Positions 37,101 to 49,100 of a stretch of DNA of 64,000 nucleotides are shown piece by piece; position 1 is the stretch's first letter; the number at the start of each line of letters is the position of its first letter. Both the position numbers and the translations under genes were made by a program. The notes beneath the pieces were generated by a model. It did not search any database and was not told the origin of the DNA. It saw nothing but the letters and a program-made list of their open reading frames with translations. The DNA comes from Chrysemys picta bellii (taxonomy: Eukaryota). The DNA lies in NCBI RefSeq assembly GCF_011386835.1, contig NC_088793.1, positions 153,512,001 through 153,576,000 on the forward strand, in the 5' to 3' direction.

Positions 37101-40100
37101 CCTTCCAAGCCTAAGTGTAGGCCAGATTTTTCAAAAGAGCTCAGGGTTGGATTTTTAGGTGCTCAGAACTCACAACTGGGTCAGATTTGCAAGAGAGCTC
37201 GCATTCAGGCACCTAAATGTGGGTCGTATTTTCAAAAGTGCTTAGCTCAGCACTCACCATGCTGAACTCTTGAAAATCTGCCCACTTATTATTTTGATGC
37301 CTAAACGGAAGACTGGCTTGCTTGAAAACCTGGTTTATAATGCTAAGTTAAATAACAACCACACAATAGGAGAAAATATGTGATACTTTTTCAAGTCCAA
37401 TCTGGAATCTTAAGACTTCTGTGTGTTTCTCTCCCAGATGGATTTTGGTTTCCTTTTAAAAGCTGTAGCAATACCAAGCACCACTGCTGTCAGTGGAGCT
37501 GTGCCTGTCCTCAGTCCATTTCTTGGATCTTAATAAAATTTTTACTTTGGATCGATGTGGAGGGAAATCCCTTGGCCTTCTCACTGTAATTGGTTTGCAG
37601 CAATGGGATCAAGACTTGGCCCGATGACTAGGGTTACCATTCGTCTGGATTTACTCGGACATGTCCTCCTTTTTGTGTTAAAAATAGCGTCGGGGGGGGA
37701 ATTTGTAAATCACTAAAAATGTCCGGGATTTCCCCCCCATGCAGAGCGAGGCGCAGCTGGGAGGGCTGCAGGAAAGTCAGCCGCTCGCATGGGGCTCTGG
37801 CAGCCAGAGCCCTTCCCCCTGCAGCTTGCCGGGCTGGACTCCGGAGCAGCTGTAGAGCTCCTCCTCCCTCCTCCCTCCCTCCCCGCACTCTGAGCCGGCC
37901 GGCCTGCCGGGCCATTTGCATCAGGCCTCGGCAGCTCCTCCTCCCCTGCAGCCCAGCTCCCCGCTCCAGCAGCACTGTGCAGGGGCAGGGACCGGATTGT
38001 GTGTTGCGCTGGGGAGCGCAGCCACGTGTCCGGCTCTGCACAGAGCCCAACACCCTGCCGCTCAGAACAGGGTAAGGGGGCCAGGGGGCAGGAGAAGGGG
38101 CGGGGAGATTTTGGAGGGGGCAGTCAAGAGACGGGGGGGGTCGGGAGTTCGGGGGAGGGCTTTTTGGAGGGGTGTGGAGAAGGTTTTGGGCAGTCAGGGT
38201 ACAGGTAGGGGGTAGGGTCCTGGGGGGCAGTTTGGGGGGGGTCTTAGGAGGGGGCAGTTAGGGGACAAGGAACAGGGAGGCTTAGGTAGGGGGTGGGGTT
38301 CTGGAGGGCAGTTAGGAGCAGGGGTCCCAGGAGGGGGCAGTCAGGGGACAAGGAGCGGGGGGGGGGGTGTTTGGGAGTTCTGGGGGGGGCTGTCAGGGGG
38401 GCAGGGGTGGGGAGAGGGATCGGAGCAGTCAGGGGACAGGGAGCAGAGGGGTTTAGATGGGTCGGGAGTTCTGGGGGGGCTGTCAGGGGGTGGAGAGTGG
38501 TTGGATGGGGCGTGGGAGTCCCAGGGGTCTGTCTGGGGGTGGGGGTGTGGATAAGGGTTGGGGCAATCAGGGTACAGATAGGGGGTAGGGTCCTAGGGGG
38601 CCAGTTAGGATGGGGGGAGGGTCTCAGGAGGGGGCAGTCAGGGGACAAGAGGCAGGGAGGCTTAGGTAGGGGGTGGAGTCCTGGGGGGCAGTTAGGAGCA
38701 GGGGTCCCAGGAGGGGGCAGTCAGGGGACAAGGAACGGGGGGAGGGTTGGGGGTTCTGAGGGGGGCAGGAAGTGGGAGGGGCAGGGGCGGGGCTAGGGCA
38801 GGACGGGGGCGGGGCTCCTCCCGTCCTCTTTTTTGCTTGCTGAAATATGGTAACCCTACCGATGACTGCCCTCCTAACTGCTGAGTATTCTGATCAATGC
38901 CAGTATTTGTCAATTTATCATTCCAAGCACCGAGGGTCATGATTACCTGGCTTAGCATGAATATAGGGTGACCAGATGTCCTGATTTTATAGGGACAGTC
39001 CCGATTTTTGGGTCATTTTCTTATATAGGCTCCTATTACCCCCCACCCCCGTCCCGATTTTTCACATTTGCTGTCTGGTCACCCTACATGAATATTGAAT
39101 CTAGAATGCTTTATACTTATCCCAAAGAAAAGTTCTTCCAATACAGTGTGATTTGACACTTCCCTTCACCTCCCAATCTTTTTTTTTCTTAGTTCACAAT
39201 TTGAGGCCAGCAGACATCAAGGTGATTGGTGCACTGGGAGACTCGATCACAGTAAGTGCAGATCACTGGATAACCATAGCTGAACTGAATGAAACAAGGA
39301 CAGACGTGAATTCTAATGAAAGAGAGTAGTACAAACACCGTTATTCTCTGTTTGGCTAATCATGTTCTCCATGCTGTCTTGTACCATGGTCCAACTATGA
39401 CTATTAATCACCTTACAGGTCTAATCTTTCTATGTGCAGAACTCCCATTTAAGTCAACAGGAATGCTGCACACAGAGGACTGGTGGATTATGCTGCACAT
39501 CAGATAAAAACAGTTAGGGTGAATTTGCTATAATTGCATACATTTTTACAGTTCATAGCTAAAATCCCTAGATACTTACCTTCCTAACAAATAGTAAGCA
39601 GCATAAACAAAATGTGCCAGGTGGTTCTCCAGGTGGTATAAGTTGGCATAGTTCCACTGGAGTCTATCTCCATCTCAGTATTTGACCCAATGACTGAAGA
39701 GCCAGAGTAACATAGATCAGATGTTGTGTATACTGCACCTCTGTGGAACAATAAGCAGACTTCTTGTTCAGGAAGATTGTGACTGTCACAGTTCAGGGCA
39801 ACTGTATTTCCCCATCCATGGTCTAGCAAGGGCACTCACTCTAGGCTCCCAGTTTGTCAGCTGTCACCTCTCTTGGAAGGAGACCCAGGATTCTCTCCCT
39901 CTTGACTGGGGTTGTTCCAGGCTGCATGGTTCACTGCCTACACTGTGAGTTTCCCAACAAGCCGGACTGCCTAAGCAGGCCTGATTTGCTTTCTCCTCAG
40001 AGGCTATAAACAGTGTAATTGCCTACAGTTATAAGGTACCACACAGCCCTTTCTAAGCAAGCACATTTATTATTAATCAATACAGAGAAAACATATTTCA

Positions 40101-43100
40101 AATAATACAAGGACCTGAACTCATGCTAATAGACTTACTAGTGATCACTCTCAACTAAACAAGGACTCTGGCAGGTGATCAGTCTTTCAAATCCCACCGA
40201 GCAGTGTTTCTGTGGTTACAAGTTCATAACAGAGGGGTAGCCGTGTTAGTCTGAATCTGTAAAAAGCAACAGAGGGTCCTGTGGCACCTTTAAGACTAAC
40301 AGAAGTATTGGGAGCATAAGCTTTCGTGGGTAAGAACCTCACTTCTTCAGATGCAAGTAATGGAAATTTCCAGAGGCATACTGATTTATACCTGCTTCTG
40401 GAAATTTCCATTACTTGCATCTGAAGAAGTGAGGTTCTTACCCACAAAAGCTTATGCTCCCAATACTTCTGTTAGTTTTAAAGGTGCCACAGGACCCTCT
40501 GTTGCTTTTTACAAGTTCATAACAGTTGTTACTCAGAACAAGCACACAAGAAGTAATTCTTCTGCTCTACTCCATGCTGATAAGGTCTCAACTGGAATAC
40601 TGTGTCCAGTTCTGGGTGCCACATTTCAGGAAAGATGGGACAAATTGGAGAAGTCCAGAGGAGAACAACAAAAATGATTAAAGGTCTAAAAAACATGAGG
40701 AAAGACTGAAAAAAAAATTGGTTTGTTTAGTCTGGAAAAGAGATGACTGGGGGTTGGGGGACATAAGTTTTCAAGTATATAAAAGGTTGTTACAAGGAAG
40801 AAGGAGAAAAAATGTTCTTTTTAACCTCTGAGGACAGGACAAGAAGCAATGGGCTTAAGTTGCAGCAAGGGCGGTTTAGGTTGGACATTAGGAAAAACTT
40901 CCTAACTGTCAAGGTAGTTAAGCACTGGAACAAATTACCTAGAGAGGTTGTGGAATCTCCATTAATGGAGGTTTTTAAGAGCAGGTTAGGCAAACACCTG
41001 TCAGGGATGGTCTAGATCAGGGGTCGGCAACGTTTGGCATGCAGCTCGCCAGGGTAAGCACCCTGGTGGGCTGGGCCAGTTTATTTACCTGCTGACGCGG
41101 CAGATTCGGCCGATCGCGGCCCCCACTCACCGCGGTTCGCCGTCCTGGGCCAATGGGGGCGGCGGGAAGCCACGGCCAGCACATCCCTCACCCACGCCGC
41201 TTCTCGCTGCCCTCATTGGCCCAGGACAGCGAACCGCGGTGAGTGGGGACCGTGATCGGCCAAACCTGCCGCGTCAGCAGGTAAATAAACTGGCCCGGCC
41301 CACCAGGGTGCTTACCCTGGCGAGCCGCGTGCCAAACATTGCCGACCCCTGGTCTAGATAATACTTAGTCCTACCTTGAGTGCAGGGGACTGGACTAGAA
41401 GACCTCTCGAGGTTCCTTCCAGTCCTATGATTCTATGCATAGGTTAGCCTTTTCTTTATACAGCTGGTGTCTTTGATATTCAGAGACGGCGAATAGGTAA
41501 TCAGCAGACAGTGCTTCTCTCCTCAGTGTACCATCCAAAGGTTGGGTCTGGAGGTGGGAATTTGCATTTGCTTCCCTTGAGTATTTCCTAGGAAACCCAC
41601 TCAACTTTGTTTGCCCCAAAAGTTCCTTGTTGTCTGGCATGTAGTTTTGACACTCATAACTAAGTCTGCGTGTCTGTCACGGAGATCATGGAAGTCACGG
41701 GAGAGGGCTCAGGGCTGGGGCAGGGGATTGCGGTGCAGGGTGGTGCTTACCTCAGGGGTGGAGCTCCCCGAAAGTGGCTGGCATGTCACTGCAGCTCCTA
41801 GCTGGAGGGGCTAGGGGCTCTGCGCGCTGCCACCCACAGGCACCACCCCCACATCTCCCATTGGCTGCGGTTCCCAGACAATGGGAGCTGTGGAGCTGGA
41901 GTTCATGGCAGGGGCAGCGCGTGGAGCCTCCTTAGCCTTCTGTCCCACTAGGATCTGCAGGGATACATGCAGATGGGTAGGGAGCCTGCCAGCCCCACCA
42001 ACTCTCTCCCCCCCCCAGCACGAGCAGGATTCCCAGGTCACGCACCACTGCCTGGCCCCCTCCCAGCACCAGCAGTGGCCCTGGGCCGCGTGCCACCGCC
42101 TGCCCCACCCCACCAGCAGGAGTCCTGGGCCGCGTGCTGCCAGTGTATTTATTCCTATTATCTTAAATGAACTTAGATCTGTTTTGGAAAGTTTAAAAAA
42201 TTTTCAACAAAAAGGGACAAATTGTCCCTGAAAATGTTCCCATTTTTGACAAGCTCTAAATTAACTTCCTTTAAAAGGCAATCATATCTAATGTGGGTTA
42301 CACCTCTGTGTCATCCCATCAAGAATAGACAGGCTAGGTATGATTCAGTGGTGTGGAACTGAAATACCCTCAGTCCTTTTAAGAACAAATAATGTATCTG
42401 GAGTGTAGCTTGGCTCATTAACCCTCCTTCTAATTGCTTTCATTATGATCAGACAGAGTGGATGGCTTTATTTGGAAGGTCTATTCACTCTCTCCCTTTC
42501 CCTTGGTATCAGGCAGGCAATGGGGCAGGGTCCCAGCCAAACGATGTTCTTGATGTTCTGACACAGTACCGAGGTCTCTCCTGGAGGTGAGTGCCCTAAA
42601 ATTCTGGCCCATCTAAATGTTTGTTTTTGTCCTTGGAGAAACTGTCATGGTCTCTGAACTCTGGGCCCTATGGCTGCTGAGATACATTTCTCGTCTGGCA
42701 TAAGAATCTCACTTGGCTACTACTAAAAACATTGGAGAGAGCCTGTTGTGACAGGCTGACAATGTCCTCCTGAAATACCCTAGCCAGTTAGCAGGTTTTG
42801 ATCTTACTAGGAAATAGTTAAGTGGGTTTTCCTGACTCAGGTCAGGTCATAGTCACCTGCCTCTGAATATAAAGGAAGTGCTCTCCTGAGAGGATCTAAG
42901 GTGTGAGCTGAGCACTCCCAAGGAGCATTCCAGCCTGGGGAGGAGCCTTGAGCTAAACGTTGTTCTTATTCATTTGTGTTGATAAAGCCAAATCCAAAGA
43001 GGGGAGTGAGTTTGGCTTCACTCTCTGTGTGGACTTTGTTTTAGAGCAGGCTGGGAGTGGCACCTGTTCACATCTGTGTTCTTGATAGGGAATAAGATTT

Positions 43101-46100
43101 TCATTCATTTGAACAAACTTCAGCCCTCATTCCAAAGCTCCAGCCTTGCATATGCACACCTCCCATCCAAAGTCAATGGGAGTTCTACCCGCAAATGGAC
43201 TGCAGAATTGGGTCCTCATTGCTTCTCTCACTCCACACAAGGTCAATATTTCTCCTGACCCTTTCCCCACTCTAGCTACATTATACAATGCAGCCACCAG
43301 TTACAATCAGTACAGGCCTAGGCTTGTACATCTGGCACTGATATTTACTACACAGTTCAAAAGCACCATATTGAGAATAACAGTATTCTCTATTTTTTTG
43401 TAACTATGAAAACTTTTGTGATTTAACTGTAATCGCAGCATGTTTTCCCCATCATTTCTCACTCGTGCATTTGTAATTAGAAATATCAACCGTGTGGTGT
43501 ATTAAAATGCCCTCATTCCAGATTAAAGGCACACTGTAAAAGTAATATAGGCCCAACTTTTTAGGCTTTATTTTTTAAGGGAGAATTTCAAAAGAAATCT
43601 TCATAAAAATCTAATAAACACTTTTTAATAATGTAACATTCCACATTATTAGAAGCAAAATTACAGGAGAATTATTAGTGCAGGAGAAAGTGTAAATGTA
43701 TATAAAGAGAAACTTTATATACATTTCTCTGACCAGTCTAGTTTCTTTCTTCAAACTGAGTGAAATGGAAAAATATATATATACAGTGATCACCCTTTAA
43801 TCCAGTAACCTCAGATTTATGAACACCTTGTGAATGGAGGTTGTTTGTAACTCTGAACAAAATGTTATGGTGATTCTTTCAAAAGTTTACAACTGAACAT
43901 TGACTTAATACAGCTTTGAAACTTTACTACGCAGAAGAAAAATGCTGCTTTTAGCCATCTTAATTTAAATGAACAAGCACAGAAACAGTTTCCTTTTTTT
44001 TTTTTTAAGTAGCTTACATTTAACATGGTACGGCACTGTATTTGCCTTTTTTGGGAGGGTGGGGGGGTGGGAGAAGTCTCTGCTGCTGCCTGATTGCATA
44101 CTTCCAGTTCCAAATGAGGTGTGTGGTTGACTGGTCAGTTCATAAGTATGGTATTTGTAACTCTGAGGTTCTCCTGTCTTTACAATGTTACCTATTTACT
44201 AACATTACCAGTATACAGGCATAGTATGAATACTATAGTCATGATAATAACTCACAAAGGATAATTGTATATATTTTAAAGGGAAACACTATAGCAGAAA
44301 TGGTGGCAACTACATTCAATGTTTAAAATTCTCTAATTTCTTTCACTGAAAAGTTTTTGACATTCTGTTTAAATGACACCTTTGATTTTCTTGTGGTGAA
44401 CGTGCAATGTGAGGTATGCACAGAGTCCGTCTTTAACAAATTTTATAAACAATAAGGACGTGCAGCCTGTAATTTGCTTCATATGTGTATGTATGCACAG
44501 AAACACCATTAGGGGAAACTCTATTACTTATTCTAATACCTTAGAAAGTAAATACTGTTGACTAAAATTTTTGAAATATTTTGTTTATTTCCATATAACA
44601 GTGTTGGAGGAGATGAAAACATAACCACAGTCACGACACTAGCAAGTAAGTGCCTGTTTTCCTAACCTTGGCATATTTTTGAGCTGTTTAATAATTTAAA
44701 GAACAGACATGAAGAAATGTTTACAATTTTGCAGCACGGCACACTCAATCACTTTACATTCACTATCTAATGGTGAATAAACTTTGCTTAACAGCCACCA
44801 CAGTAATTTGCTGTGCATGACATAACAGTATGTTTTGTAATTCCCTAGGAATTCAATATTATTATCGGTATATTATTCTGTCTGAGGTAATTTGGAAATG
44901 GCTGAATCAAATTGTTTTAGTCCTTAGAATACAGAGACTACTTACATAACTTTTCTCCTTTGCCCATTAAAAAAAAATCTTAAATGGAGCCAGGCTGCAA
45001 GATTTGGATTTCATATGCCTGAATGTTCAAGGGTGATTGGATTTGGAAGGTTTTCAGCTCACTATAAAAGATAAGATCCATTTACAAAATTCAGATCCAG
45101 ATTAGCACTTTAGTTTTTAACAACTCCAAAGATCTGGGAAGTTTGAACAGAGGGTTTGATCCAAACATATCTCTAAATTTACTGTGAGTATGTAAGAGTT
45201 TGTAACTTGATTAATATTACATAGTCTTGTATTACTCAGCAAACTGATCAAAATGACATTGCCGGGTATACTGCCCATGTTGTGCAACAAGTTGAAATAG
45301 ACATCTGCATTCATTAAACTGAGTAATCTGGAGGTGAAACAATAATTGAGTGGTGAGATTTTTTCACCCACAGTATATTAACAGTTACCTTCAAGTTATT
45401 AACTGAGATCTGCTAAAGTCCTTCTGGGGCAAGTTCTGGTTTTAGACTCCAGCTCATTACCTGCTGAATTAAGTTACATTTCATGGATCTCTTCTTTTCC
45501 AGATATTCTTCGTGAGTTTAATCCTTCCCTTCGAGGGTACTCCATTGACAAAGGGAACCAGGACTCATCTAATGCCTTCCTGAATCAGGCTGTGGCAGGA
45601 GATCGCTCAGAGTAAGTGAGGACAGATAAATACTACTACTTTTTTTTTTTTTTAAATGGGGAGTAGATTTTTTTTTTTTTTTTAAGTTCCAGTTAGAGAA
45701 GTGCCAAACCTGGAACGTTCTTACAGGTCTGTGAACACTCCAAATGTCAGTGGTTTAGACATAAAATGGAATTTAGACACCCCTAATGTGTGATTTTGAA
45801 AACTTGGCCAATAAAATGTGCAGAACCCAAACTCGTCCTCTGTACTTCATCTCTAGCCTGACAGCTAAGAAATTTGCTAAGGGCCAGTGTGGCTTTCCTA
45901 GTCGTAGTAAAGGAAATCTTAGCAGTAACAATATAATATTTTGCCCTTCTATAGTACTTTCATCCAAGGAGCTCAAAGTGCTTTACAAACATTGACTAAT
46001 GAAGCCTCATAGCCCTATAGTGAAATAAATTGTTATTCCCACTTGACAGAGGAATGTGTGGGAGGAGGGGCGGAAGAAATCCTGGTCCCATTGAAATCAG

Positions 46101-49100
46101 TGGGAGCTTTGCCATGACTTCACTGGGACCAAGATTTCACCCAGGAATGCTAAGGGACAGAGAGGGTATTGAGCAGCCGAAGGTCAGGCCATGGCAGAGT
46201 TTGGAATAGAACCCAGTTAGACTACGTTCAGTCTTCAATGAAATTCATGTCAACCCTTTCTCTTCTTATTGTAAAGGTTCTTTGTTTATATTAATACATC
46301 CAAAGGGCTAGTAGTTCCTTTTTTCTGCCCTTTTTCCTTTTTTCTGGATTTGGAAATTTATATATGTGTCAGTGTGTACTGCGCAGGTTGATGCCATATA
46401 ACTTCTTAGAACAGTTAATCTCACACAGAGAGATAACTCCCAGTAAGTGAGAGATCTCTATGGCTGCTATCACTCAAAGAGATTATCCTGGTCGGCTGTA
46501 TCCTTCCAGTTGTCTGTAGATTGAAACAAAATAAAATCGAAGTATAAAGAGGGGATTTTTTTATAAAAAGGTGTAATTACAAGAAATGAAAGACTGTTTC
46601 TGAATGCAATTCACTGGGAGGCCATTTTTTAAATTCCCTTAAACCTGCACAGCTCGCAGTGACTCTTCATCCCATTGGAAAGGGCTGGATTTCTCTGTCT
46701 CTCTCTCACAGCTCATTGTCACTTTTCTAACAGCACTGGTCATCGGCAGAGATGATGGAAGGCAATCTCACAGTGGCACTTCCAGCCACCAATAGTCCAG
46801 GGAGGGTATGACTGAACTCTAGTCTTAAACTAACACACTCTGCTATTTGAGGTCCTTTAGCATGGGTAACCTTTTGCCTGACCAGGAACCATCCTCTTAA
46901 AGCTAAAACCTTCAAATACGCTGAATTACAATAGGCCAGTCCCACCCCAAATGTATTTCCCTCTTCAATCGGGGATGCTGCACTATGTTGCCCTCACACA
47001 GCACCCACAGTGCCAGATGCAAAATGTTTCTTCACTGTTTCTCCAACTCCAGATGTGGCTTATTTCTGTAACTATATTTAGTCCAATAAAAGCTGCAGCT
47101 GGAGTCTTCAGTTCAATACCACGTTGTTTGAACGGGTTGTCATGGCTTCTGCTCATTCATCTGCTTTTCTCAATGCCCTGTTCATCATGAAATGTTCATC
47201 AGTCGTCTTCTTCTTTTTTAATATTTAGGAATGTCCCTTCGCAGGCGAGGAGACTGGTGGACCTGATGAAAAATGATACTGTGAGTCTTGGCTGGCATGA
47301 ATATCTTTAAGTAGGATGCAGCTGTCTTGGGTCATTAGTCTCTAACAGTACAGCAGATCAACAGTAGATGTCAGGCAGAAATCTATGGGTAGGGCAGTGA
47401 TAAAGTGGATAGAATGCAACATCCCTCCATGCAGTGTATGTTTCAGCATACCATCAAGTAGGGCTTTTTGTCTTCATTACATAAAGGGTTTTTTTACAGT
47501 GAGATAACTAATGCATGCTAGTTACCTTGCTGTAAAATCCAAGTGGAGACACATTTTTACCAATAAGAAGCTAGGCAACTTGGTCTACGCGATACCCCAG
47601 CTGGTGGTTGACTTTGTAGAGCTTAATTCACAATACAACTACAGCACCTTGCCTCCCTAGCTAACATGTTAGTTATCCTGTGGTTTTAAAAAAAAAAGCC
47701 CAACTTCTTTGCAGTGAAGACTTTAGTCTGAGTTCCCACAGCAGTTGCCTCCAGCCATCACCTTTCTTGGAGTGTTGTCCTGTTGTTCCCTCCCTCCAAA
47801 CCAGGGCCTTACATTGCAGACCTTTTCAATTAACTAACTGTGATCACCTCATCAGATCTGAACTGCAGTTGTGTCCCCTGAGAGAATGACAGGATTAGCC
47901 AGTGACCAGCCAGTTATCACAAAGTTTGTTTTATTCAGAACAAAAACATTTCAGAGAAAGCATATCTTAAAAACAATAAACAGCTTATACACATGCCTAA
48001 CTTACTAAGTGGTCACCCATCTTCCACATGGAGACCTGGAAGATCTAAAAATACTTCAGGTCTTCTGCAGGGCCTGTGTCTGTGGTCACAGTCTTATGTC
48101 AGTTCTTGATAGTGTCTGACTCTCCTCAGGGTCAGGGCTGTCATTCTGTACAGATTCAAGCCCTTTGTGTGTTTTGAACCAGGTCATACCAGTGGTGTCT
48201 CTTCCTCAGGGTAAACTTAACTGACTTTTTATCTGTATTATTTCTAATGGAGATTTGCATTAATTACCCTCCATTGCTTTTAGTTCCTGCAGGAGATATA
48301 CTTATCCATTTAGCCAGGAATACAATCACTAACAAGCTCATAAAGATACATAAAATAAAATTAAACAGTAGTCTTTGAATATTCCATGATTCCATCGCAT
48401 CGCATCTGTCACCACAGTGCTCAAAGCCTCTCAGCCATGACCAGAACTCCATTGTGCTAGATGCTGTACAGACACACAGAAGGACATAGTCCATGCCCAA
48501 AAGATAAACTTAATTCTCTTTTAACTTGTTGCAGGGCAATTTTTTTCTTATCTTATCTTATCTTCTTTATTTTATTTTTTTTATTTTTTTCCTGAATACA
48601 GAGAATAAATTTCCAGGAAGACTGGAAGCTCATAACACTCTTTATAGGAGGAAATGACCTGTGTGGATTCTGCAACGATCCAGTAAGTCACTAGAGATCT
48701 TAGATCTGTCTTTTATGTGAACTTGCAATGTCATTGTTACTTGGTACATTTTGGAGAGTGGAATAGTGGAGCTCAGCTAGGTAGACTTAATGGACCAAAA
48801 CTGGCTAGGCCACACATGGACAGTTCTCAGCATTCCTCTGAGACTTGACAGTCATTCCACCTGAGATTGAGATAAAGTAATGTAATACCATTAAGAACTG
48901 CTATTGATTATTTGATTGTAGCTACTTTATTTTGCTACAAACTAAGATAACTTTCTGTTGATCACATTAGGTTTTTCCATATGTAGATAAGATAATAAAC
49001 TGTCAAGGATTTTTCCCATTTCATCTTACCAGTGTGCTGTATCTTTTTTCCCTCTCACATGCTACCAGCATCCAACATGATACGTTTACCACCAGATACC

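Larger units (their letters stand above)
40233..40513. mobile_element. Penelope-derived palindromic insertion (two inverted pseudo-LTR arms)
   Basis: Arms 40258-40374 and 40397-40513, 117 bp with 2 mismatches, 22-bp spacer; 17-bp TSD TTACAAGTTCATAACAG at 40216-40232 and 40509-40525. Confidence 0.88.
39784..40560. mobile_element. LTR-like relic hosting the Penelope-derived palindrome
   Basis: TGTCACAG start; shares motifs with a second relic at about 47740-48412; truncated by CR1. Confidence 0.45.

Noticed and set aside
37634-38958. Gly-rich and Pro-rich ORFs on both strands
   Set aside because: Translations of the G-rich minisatellite inside a TSD-bounded MITE.
46420-46500. Cluster of GATA-like motifs as an intestinal enhancer
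   Set aside because: Short motifs expected by chance; no conservation or chromatin evidence available.
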